Positions 53,652 to 64,000 of a stretch of DNA of 64,000 nucleotides are shown in pieces; position 1 is the stretch's first letter; every line of letters starts with the position of its first letter. This DNA comes from Antedon mediterranea (Eukaryota; Animalia; Echinodermata), in assembly GCF_964355755.1 (NCBI RefSeq), contig NC_092674.1:29760001-29824000 (forward strand), written 5' to 3'. Below the pieces are notes generated by a model that saw only the letters and a program-made list of their open reading frames with translations, was not told where the DNA came from and ran no database searches. A program made the translations under genes and the position numbers.

Positions 53652-56600
53652 CTTGCTCCTTGTCTCGCATCCATCCACTTCACTACCGGATGATGCGGAC
53701 TGACGCATCGATACATCCTTGTGATTTGCAGGAGAACTCTTCTGCTCAGATGGAGTATAACTTCGTAAAGTTGATAGCCTCGTCGTTAATATAGACTGTT
53801 TATTATTAACCATATTTGACACATTGTTTGTCGTAGCACTGTGCCTGCGAGACGTGCTATGTGAACGTCCATTTTGAGGTGGGGGACGTTCTCGTTTAAA
53901 TGTTCCACATGTTAAGATAATTTTATTTAGTTCCAGCACACTGTTCCCTATTCCTGGTACTTTGGTTAAATCATAAATACTTTTATATCCATTTAGACTC
54001 TAAAAAAAAAAAAAAATAACAGAATTAGTATCATAGGTATTAATAGATCATGTCAGAAAAGCTTACATTTCATAACCTAAACCTCAGCATTTATAACTAA
54101 TTATTTAAGCACATACTGATACCAAATGTTATATCATAATACTACTACAGTCAACTCTCCCAATACCAGACTCTCTGAAAAACATTTCTTGTGGACTCCT
54201 AAATTTCTTTTATACCATTAAAAACCCATTAAGGATACCACACTTTCCGCAAAACCAGACATATTTTGCCGCCTCAATGTCCAGTATAGGGAAAGTTGAC
54301 TGTACAGGTACCACATAGATAGATACTACATAGAAGTTCCCACCAAAACTTTGTCGGCAGACTATCAATTTTAGGGTATAATTTCAAAAAGGTGTACTGA
54401 TTGCAGTAAATTAAAAGCATTTAAATCTATTCTCACAAAACTTTAGTGCCTTAACCAAATTTTTATTTCCTTGAACTTCTGAATGCTTAAACAAACCTAG
54501 GAAAGCAAATAATTCAAGTACAATACTCTTTTCTAGACATTAATACACAAACTACTATAAAACCTATTGACCCGATATCACAAAAAGACTTGAGAAAGAA
54601 GATTTACCCAACGACCTACATTTTGAATGTCGTTAAGTTCGCTAAATAAACTCAGACAGGTAATCCAACGATTGATTCCTTTTACTTCCAATCAGTTGCA
54701 TAATTAAACATTAACAATATAGAATATTATATTATTATTATTATATTACAGTCAACCTTCCCTAAATCAGACAAGTGTTAATGGCCAAATGTCTGGTTTT
54801 CAGATTATCTCAATTGGAAGACTGATGTTACAATATGAATTGCACAATGGGGCTTGCCATATTTATTTAGTAGGCTGGTCATAAATTTGTTTTTTGCTAA
54901 ATTTATAATATGAATGTAACAATCATGTATTTGTGCTTGAAGGGGGGTCGCTGTTTATCGCTTTTGCTCACACAATTGCAACTCTAGACTATATTATTAT
55001 TTAAGTACAGTAATTGTAAGATGTTGTATGAAAGACGGTTTTGCAATAATTTTGGAAATACTACTGTACTCTCTGTAGCCTACAGTACTTGTTTCCTTAT
55101 TTAATCTAAACTTGAAATTGTTTATTCTTTCTAGGGTTGCCATTGTTACCTAGGTACAGTTATTGAAAATTGGAGCAAAGGTCATTGACATTTTAGATAG
55201 GAGGTCATCAATACCTTTATTTAAACTCTTTAGAAATATGACCAGGACACAACTGTTTGGAAGAATATTAAGCGGTCCTTCATAATTTATTATATAGAGT
55301 AGAGTACATACAGACACTTTTGTTATATTGATCATAGAGTACATATAGTACAGACACTGTTGTTATAGAGTACATACAGTACAGACACTGTTGTTACAGT
55401 ATAACATTCAATCAAAGATTGTTTACCATGTACAGTACAGAAAATCCTTTCAAAAAAGATTCAGTATCAATACAGTCAACTCTCTTTATAAAAACAAGAC
55501 TTTTCTCGAGGTCTATAAAAAGGTCCCAAAATAATTTTTAACCATTAAAAACACATTCAAAATACTGCACAGCTACTGTGGAATACTTTCTGGAAAACCC
55601 AACCATATTAGGCTAGCCCAAAGGTGTCCGGTATTGGGGAGTTGATAAATACTTTTAATAGTTTCAACTGTGGTAATCTGGTTACCTTATTATATATAGG
55701 GCAAAAGTGAATCTAATTGTATTCAACAAGGACTATGAGTAAATACAGTAGTAAACCTCAAATTACCTCTATTATAACCACAGGCTATACATGTAGGAAA
55801 ACCATTGGATATCAAGGATACATATAAAAAATAATAAATAAATAAGGCCAAGAAATAATATTTAGTCATCAAATATATAGGAACCCTATCAACATCATCC
55901 CTTTCAGAAACCACAATACCTATAGTGTTTGTATGTCCTTGAAGAAAGCATCATATCCTATCCTGTTTAGCCACTAAACCCAGTACTGTTGTATACTGTA
56001 CTTTGTATTATTACATTTTCCCAAGCACTAAACTACAGGTATAAATAATATGGTGGTAAACTATATTATCACATGGAGTAATATTACTCCATGCTTATCC
56101 CAACAAAGTACCTACTGTACGGTATTCATTCATGACTGTTTTCCCTATAATAACTTTGTTTTCTAATGTACAATGCTTACTGTACAAACATATTCAATAA
56201 AAAGCTTGTTTTACAGTAAATATCTGCACTTTAACAACACCATAATATTCTTATATTTTGTCTCCAAGTAGGAATACTTTAGCAAACTCTGTACCGTGAT
56301 TCTTTATAACCTCACACTATTGTATGTGTCATGAAAGGTTACAGACAAATCTGTACAACTTCAATTTTTTCAAATTAAAAATCATAGTTTTTAATTGGCT
56401 GCCAACGAGCTACTATTGTCTTATACTGGTAATTATTAAGGAAGATTACAAACAGGAAACAAACCATATAACTAATACTGTTGATATGTCTGAAAGTAAT
56501 TTACGCTTTAATTACTCAATAGAATATTTACACAATATTAATCGACTCAAGGTACAATTTTTTTTAAATACAAACAAGGACATTATATAATAGATGATGT

Positions 56601-57133
56601 TGGAATATTTGTGCTTCATTTGATGCAGGACAATTCATTCTGAGCATGCTCACAAACACATTGAGAGCATACGAAGAATTAGTGTTTTTACTGTGTCGTG
56701 TTTTCTTGAATTCATAACACAGCAATACAAACAAACAGCACAAAAACACATTGTGACGAGCAATGTGTTCTTGGTAAAATGTAACTGTTAAGCTTTTATA
56801 AGCAAAATTATAAATAATCTCATTTTTTTGGCCAAATTAAATAAGCTGATTTAAAAATAAAACTAGAAGTATTTCTATATTTACACGCCTTGAGTACTGT
56901 ATGTGCGCTATATAAATCTAAATTATTATTCCTATTCAAAGTTGGATTTTATTCATCAGTTTTTATATTTTGGAATGGAAGACAAACAACATGTTTTAAT
57001 AATATGCATGAAATATTAGAAAGCCTACAATTCTTGTTTCCAGTATAGCTTCCGCTCTTGACCGTCCAACACCGACCAATCTGGACAAGGTATCTACAGA
57101 AGCTGTGTTTATATCAATCAGCCTTGTCACCAT
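53652..57133 (-). CDS. FBXW7: Two upstream coding exons encoding a ComEA-like (HhH)2 domain plus a Ser/Thr/Arg-rich linker; predicted N-terminus of FBXW7 (full product about 693 aa)
   Basis: Exon 57133-57029: MVTRLIDINTASVDTLSRLVGVGRSRAEAILETRI (AAAATGG start, upstream in-frame stop, donor GTAGGC). Exon 53999-53652: SLNGYKSIYDLTKVPGIGNSVLELNKIILTC...CETRSK (long T-tract acceptor, donor AAG|GTAGGA). Both joins and the join to the 50399 acceptor are phase 0. Confidence 0.75.
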
Positions 57134-57922
57134 TTTGCATATTCCTCAATCCTATAAAAGGACATCTGAAAAAAATATGAAAACATTTTTATAAAACAAA
57201 ATTTTCAGACTGTATTTCTTAATCCTGCAATAGGAATTAGACGTTTGGAAAAACCAGATGAAAAATAAAAGAATAAAAATTTATGAAATAAAACGTGATG
57301 AATTATTATTGATGTCATACTTGACAACACTAATCTCAAGCATGTCTGGTATTTTTCACTGTACATTGTAATTTTAAAAAGTCAACGATTAGGAAATCAA
57401 AGAAAAGGAACAGTAATAATTATGAAATATTCAAGTATTATTTCATTTAATTCAAGAAGATCACTGTTGTCTAGATATGAATGAAATAGAGTGTTTTAAA
57501 GCAATGTTTGCAGTACAAACTGTTTTGTAAACAAAACATGAACATTCAATCATCCATACTTTTGAATTGAAGTTTGTATCGAATAAAATCAATCAGTCAT
57601 TATCAACAACTCCATCTGAACGCGACCATCAACAATTCAAGTCAAGACTGGTTTGAAAAAAAAACAACGATAGGTGACTAGGATAGGATTTCGTAAAACG
57701 ATCTCTCTGTTCTGTTTGAATTGTGTGCGGAGTGTATGTAGAGAGACACTGGACCCCACCGACATCGCCAGCCCTTTCTTCGTCCGTACAACGTAGGCCT
57801 ATCTCGCTTCGTTGACACAACTTTAATTTAGGTAATTTTCATACTTTAGTTGCTTAAATATTGTAGTAAAAATGTTCAGATAATAACAATTTATTGTCTG
57901 AGAACTAATCTGAGTTACTTAC

Positions 57923-58050
57923 CAAACTTAAAATTAGATTTCCTTCTAATTAAGACGAATTTTCAGAAGTCATTTTTGACACGAAATAATTTCGTCGTCG
58001 CGCTCCTGCATTGTTATAGTTTTTTTTTTCTCGCCCTCCTTGAACTACGC
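57923..58050 (-). other. Candidate 5' UTR exon of the HhH-FBXW7 transcript (upstream boundary unknown)
   Basis: Donor TTG|GTAAGT at 57923 in a CpG-richer stretch. The ATG exon has an acceptor (ttttttttcag) at 57165. Confidence 0.45.
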
Positions 58051-58364
58051 CCCCACATGTCATTAAGCAGAAGTAGTCTCTAACCAAGCCGCTACTGACT
58101 GACACGAAATATGCATTATATTGGAAAGCAGCGTCCACGTGGTTGAATAGGCAAGCTAGCCTGGCCTACCTAGTCTAGCAGTGGTATAGTATCAACATTT
58201 ATCGTTATTTTAGCAGTCATAAACGAACATTTTTAATGTAACTCATTACACTAACACATTTAAAGTAACAATTTCTATAAATTACATTAAATATCTAACA
58301 TTTAAATATCGCATTACTACGATTTAATAGTCAGTAACCAAAGATATCACGACACTTTCAGATT

Positions 58365-58436
58365 GGGGATGTAGCTCAGTGGTAGAGCGCTTGCTTTGCA
58401 TGTAGGAGGCCCCGGGTTCAATCCCCGGCATCTCCA
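58365..58436 (+). tRNA. tRNA-Ala(TGC)
   Basis: GGGGATGTAGCTCAGTGGTAGAGCGCTTGCTTTGCATGTAGGAGGCCCCGGGTTCAATCCCCGGCATCTCCA. Cloverleaf, G3:U70 alanine identity pair, A and B boxes, T10 Pol III terminator at 58440-58449. Confidence 0.97.
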
Positions 58437-58643
58437 CAATTTTTTTTTTGTCCCTTCGATACTCAATATTTTAAGTAAATACTTACTTTATTTATTATCT
58501 TCTTTTCTACTTTTTTTGGTGAATTTGAATTTAAATTGTAATTCCTAATTGTCCTTTCTTTAATTTCCTTCAATTTAGTAAAAATACTGTAAATTTCATA
58601 TTCATACGAAACCTGTTACAAACAATACAAATCGTTTTATAAC

Positions 58644-58715
58644 GGGGATGTAGCTCAGTGGTAGAGCGCTTGCTTTGCATGTAGGAGGCCCCGGGTTCAA
58701 TCCCCGGCATCTCCA
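58644..58715 (+). tRNA. tRNA-Ala(TGC), identical second copy
   Basis: 72/72 identical to 58365-58436, followed by TTTGTTTTATTTTT. Confidence 0.97.
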
Positions 58716-61471
58716 CAATTTGTTTTATTTTTATCTGTACCTGTTTTTGATCACCGTGACAATTCAAAAAATGTCATTTAAAAATATTAATACCTGTGTA
58801 CAGGGAGTTGTTATTAGAACAACTCCCTGCTGTGTATGTACATTTTTATTTGACATATACTAGGCCTATAGGGCCTAGGTACAGTGTATAAGCGCAGCCC
58901 TCTCTTGCGGCGACTTTAACGGTATCTTCGATATTTTTCTCATCTGGAATTATGAATCTTACTTAATATAATGAAAAATAGAGATTAATAAAATATACTT
59001 TGATAGGACATTTTGTAGTTTTTATCAAGTTATTCACTCTGCAGACAATTAAAAAAGTTTTTATATAGCACTTATAAAAAGACTAAATAAACGGTTAAAT
59101 TCAACGAAAAATAGAAGTTATGACAAGTATTCTTCTATAATATTTAAGCCCATCGCACGCCTCCATATTTTTTCACGCTGCTGCTCTAGCCCGCTACGTC
59201 CCATTAGGACTACTCAATCAGAAACTAAAGCAAGCAGCAGTTATAGTTCTAAGGACGACAGTTTTGCGAAAATGGAAACTCCACTATAATTTATTGATTC
59301 CAGCTGCTACAGTAGACCCAAAAAACGTCTGCGAAAAGAGTCTATTAGGACATGTCATGTACAAATCCCAAAGCATTTCTGGTATATTCACTGTCAGATA
59401 TTCATTGAATTATTATCAAAACAGTTCATTAAAGTTTGTGTTTGTAATAGGATACTTCACACTTGAAATATCTAGGGATATGAAGTGACCCCCAGACTTG
59501 ACCTTAGCAATAAAATTAACTAAAGTGACAGAAATTGAGTATTCACTTCTGTAACGAAGGAGAAAAGAAACCCAAAAACCATTGTCTGACAGCAGACAAT
59601 TTAAGTATTTGTTGCTTTAAATTACATTTTTTTAGGTAAAATAACTATTATGTGACAATAAAATGACACATTCAAAAACATTTGAAATAAAAAATATTTT
59701 TCAAAAAGCAAGCAGCGTTTTTTGTAAGAAGTATTTCTTGTCTAACTTATCTAACTGTTCAAATCGGGTTTGAGACAATATTTATACATTTTCCATTAAA
59801 ATTACTGATTTCACGCAGTTTCTGTACTTGGCAGAGGGCGCTGTTCATTTTAATTACAAACTGTGGTCTTCAAAATGCATACAAGCCTACATCTGAGATT
59901 GAGGAGGAGAACTCCACTATGATGTCTGTTTCCACGCATCCCCGGGCCATCTCCCCTCATTCTTCACGCACTCGTTATTTGCACCTCATTGTTTATAGCC
60001 TTTTTTTTTATTTAAAGGAAGTAAAAGAATTTTAAGAACACTGAAACAAATTATCCTCATAAATCGTTTTATTTCAAATTCTTTATTAAATTCTTTTCAA
60101 ATTAATAGTAAACTTTTAAAAACACATATCAATTAGAACACTTATAAATGCAACAACTTTATGAATTAATTTGATTAATTTGATCTTAAGTAAACACAAC
60201 AGAAATAATAATATAAATTATAATCATCATAATTTCGTGAGGTAATAAATATAAATTTCTAAATTTAAAAAAAAAATTATTTTTATTGCTTATGAATTAA
60301 ATACACATTTATAAAGAAAAATGAAAATTATTATTACATTATTTGGAGGTGTGGGCTTTCAACATCTGCTAATAGTATTTCTTGTTAGTCAATCAAATGT
60401 AGCCACAACTTACTCTCCCCCCCCCCCCACCCCCTCTCCCGCCTCCCTACATCTCTTCTGAAATTCACACATTGCATGACGGTGCCAAAACAGTATAATA
60501 CATATATCTTTTATCTAACAGTTTTATTTTCATTATCATAATTTCTAATTTTTTCTTTATCATGAATAATTATATTTATAAATATTATTTTCATAATTCT
60601 GGTTCATGATTACAAATAAATACTGTTTTAGTCCAAACTATCAATATCATAATCACATGATCATAATTTATATCGTCATTATCACTTAATTAATCATTAT
60701 CATTGGTTTGCATCATTGCACTTTCTAATTTCAAATATTTACTGTCGTCGAAATTGTCATAAACTTTTATTCCATTATAACAAATAAGAAATGAAATATA
60801 TCAGGCATACAAAACACACACATAGAAAAAGAATTGCAAATGTCTATACAAAATCACACCTATAACTATATTAATAATATAAAACCTAAACTGTTTAATT
60901 TTCTAATAACAAAATGAACTAATATCTTGGTTGCTATGATACAGTACTGTGATGGACTAATACTGACCTGACTTAGTAAAAGAAGACAAATATTTTGGTA
61001 ACCTCTGACCTGTAATATTTAACCTCTGACCTGTACCAAATAATAAGTAAATACTGTACAAGCTTATAAAATGCCACAATATTGATTAATATATAGCACA
61101 CATATGTTTGTGAGATGGATTGATTGGAGAGGTTGGAAATTCAAGTACATTCAACTCTCCCAATACCGGACTCTCTGAAAACCAGAAACTCTTCCAATAA
61201 TAGAGTCCAAACAGTCTCAAATTTAATTTGACCATTATGAACCATTCCGAATACCAGACTTTCCGGAAAATCAGACATATTTGGCCAGCCCAAAGGTGTC
61301 TAGGGAGAGTTGACTGTACCTTGTTGTCAAGAAATACAAAAAAAACTTTTATTTAATCAACTACATTAATGAGAACAGTACAACACTGGTGCTGATGTGA
61401 GAATTACATAATCAAAAGGTCATTTTTTTACACGTTTTTGTATAATATATTTAATACAAGCTATGAAGGGT

Positions 61472-63803
61472 TTAGAGAAGAAGCAATGCACCACAGGAGG
61501 CGCATGTCACAGCGTCGTCTGAATTACTGACAGAACATGATGGACAAAGATTCTCACACGGCGATAACGACCTCCGTGTTCTCCACACTCTATCCTGTCT
61601 GGCTGCCATCGCACTTGCTTTGATAGTCTGCTCTTTAGCTGGGTTTTTCCCGCCAACTGCTTGTGAAGATTCTGTGTGCGAACTGATACTACTATTAGAG
61701 CTGCTGGAACAAACCTTCTGTTTGGCATGACCTCCTTCGCTAGATTTCGCCGTCTTTCTTTGGTTACTGGTCTTCTCCGAGACGTGGTTTCTCGTTGAGG
61801 TTTGAGTGCGATCACTTCCTGTATGACCTGAGCTTTCTCCTGAACCGTCAGATCGAGGTTCATCCGATGATTGCTGTTGAGGTCTAGAACGCGAGTTACA
61901 TTTGGAACATGCGTGATTGCGATGGCAGGAATGAGAGTTACCTGCGCAACGACTACATCTGTAGCTGGTTTCTGATGACAGAAGAGCACGGAGAACGTCT
62001 GGACTGTTATGGGTGGCTTCTACACTCTCTTCTTGATTCGGAACACCGTCGGTTGGTGATTGCTGCGAGCTACCAGCCAAATAAACAAAACTGTGACCTT
62101 GAGGGCGTTTGTAACATCGTCTTGCACTTGCAGATTCTGCAACACAATCTCGACAAAACACTCGTGAACATTTCTTGCATTTGACAAAGAATGTACTACT
62201 TTTGGTGGCACAGTTGAAGACTGAACACTTAAGTTCCCTTGTGTACCTAAGATGAAACAAAATTGAAATTTAATTAGGTGCTTAAGTTGAAAATTAAGAT
62301 TACGGATTACTACCTGCATCCTGTGAAACCAATTTAATGCACATGTGTTTCAAAGGTCAATAAGCTAACTAAAATCATATTTTTTATATTCAATCATTCT
62401 ACATGCAAACATAGTTGTACAGGGGTGTTGAGGAAAAGCCATTTTGTGACATGCTAAAGCTCTGTCTACACTATCAAACTAGTTTGACAAAAAAAGTGTG
62501 ATGTGCCCAAATATGGTAGTGCTATGACATCATCATGTCCATATATAGGCACATCACATTTTGTTATCACATCAAGTTTTATTGTGTGGACAGAGCTTTA
62601 ACCAACCCCCATCATCTTCTGTAAAATTTTCTACACATAATTTTCATCAATATTTCAACAGTGAAAGCAACTACTAACCCAGAGGATGACTTTTGACTGT
62701 GTTGGTGACACCGCCTCCTTACTGGCGACACTTCTTCTGAGGTGGACTGAGCTGTTGCGCCCTCTGTTTGATTACCTAAATAAAGTCAACAATTAAATAT
62801 TTTTAGCGATTGCTAAATAAAAATAAATAAAAAACACATTTTTCTAAAATTCAGAAAATTTCAATTGAACTGATCAATTCAATCAATCAAATATGGTAGT
62901 GATATCACATCATCATGTCCATATATGGGCACATTAATTTTTTTTTTTTAACATAAAGTTTGACAGAGCTTTAAATGAGTAAAACAATTTTGGACTGTAC
63001 CATTATTTGCAGGGTTATCCTGCATGACAGACAGAATTTCCCTTGCTGAAAGTGAAACAGTTGTGCCAGCATCTCTATTGCTCTGGCCAGCCCAGTTGCC
63101 AGCATTCGGCCAAGCCGATCGTAGCGGCAGCTCAATCTCCATATCACTAATGTCACTGAGGTCAGGACTCTCTGTGGTTGATGAATTGTTTTCGCGGGCT
63201 GCTACCGAAAACGGAAGAGGCATGTATGGGTAGGAGCGTCGATCTACCAGAATAAAAAAATTGTTGGTGTTATCGCAAAAATATATTGGGTGTAAGCATA
63301 TAAATTTCTCCTCTATGAATATGTAATGTAACAATTGAATTGTGATCTGAGAGCTTCAAAAGAGCTAAAATTGTTTATGTTATTTTTACTTGTGTGTCTG
63401 CCGCCTTTTGTTTTGATTTTCTTTGCAACACCCTGCATGGCTAATGGTTTATATCTCATTTACATACTCATGAATTTAACACGAATACCCTAAAAACTTT
63501 TACATAAAATTACCTCTTATAGTGCAGTGGCGCAAGAAAGGGTGACATCCCAAATTTCTTCCCCCTTCCTCTATTGCTAGTGCTTCCCTCAGTTGGCTCC
63601 CTCTAAGACTAGTTGACCGCGAATGCATTGCACGTTGTGTAGTTCTGGTTGTTGAGGCTACCGTTGTTGATGTGGTTGTTGCAGCATTTGATGACTGACC
63701 AGTAGTTGTAGGTCTTGCTACCTCCTCTGTTCTAGTGCTATCAACATTCGTGTCATCATTCTCCAAGACCATCACATCTTCTGGTTGTATACTTCTTCGA
63801 GAT
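61472..63803 (-). CDS. 3' exons of a probable SPATA2/Tamo-like zinc-finger protein (5' part outside the window)
   Basis: Exons 63803-63514, 63243-63001, 62775-62679 and 62246-61472, phase-consistent. CSVFNC..CKKCSRVFCRDCV..CYKRPQGHSF resembles the C-terminal finger of human SPATA2 as I recall it (CTQCSKVSCDACL..CYKKSELHKF). Terminal zinc ribbon CPSCSVSN..CASC. The N-terminal PUB domain is not visible. Confidence 0.6.
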
Positions 63804-64000
63804 CTTAACAAAAAACGGAAATAACATTTAAAATTCAACCGATATCTTTACTATATTATCTCCTGCTACATTTCATTTTATTTTCATTTCCATTTCATCA
63901 ATTCACTTCCAGCCCATTTTACAATAAAAAATCTTGTTCATTTTCGGACATGCAGAAGCGTCTTTATTAAATGATTTAGCTAAATATAATGCAAAAAATA

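Noticed and set aside
53652-57133. HhH exons as part of an EEPD1 or KIF22 gene
   Set aside because: I found no EEP nuclease or kinesin motor exons nearby. There is an in-frame stop upstream of the ATG, and the next recognisable coding acceptor downstream is the FBXW7 MKRK exon.
58570-58863. ORFs of 62-65 aa over the second tRNA
   Set aside because: Spurious translations of the tRNA-Ala gene.

Overview
AT-rich, intron-containing metazoan (invertebrate-looking) genomic DNA, not prokaryotic. I hand-assembled six protein-coding genes from GT-AG splice sites. In order: the 3' part of GSTCD (+); an intron-poor iterative type I polyketide synthase of about 2567 aa (-; KS-AT-DH-degenerate ER-KR-ACP-TE); TBCK (-; 20 coding exons, one U12 minor intron); AIMP1 (+; head-to-head with TBCK); FBXW7 (-); and the 3' part of a probable SPATA2/Tamo-like zinc-finger gene (-). 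The window also has two identical tRNA-Ala(TGC) genes, about 21 copies of one Harbinger-type MITE, Tc1/pogo-type MITEs, two Helentron-like non-autonomous elements, tRNA-derived SINEs and several minisatellites. The most striking observation is that two upstream exons splice in frame onto the FBXW7 'MKRK' exon and encode a complete ComEA-like tandem helix-hairpin-helix DNA-binding domain, predicting a DNA-binding SCF substrate receptor. Gene names rest on motifs and on recalled human sequences. No database search was run, and all exon joins are predictions.
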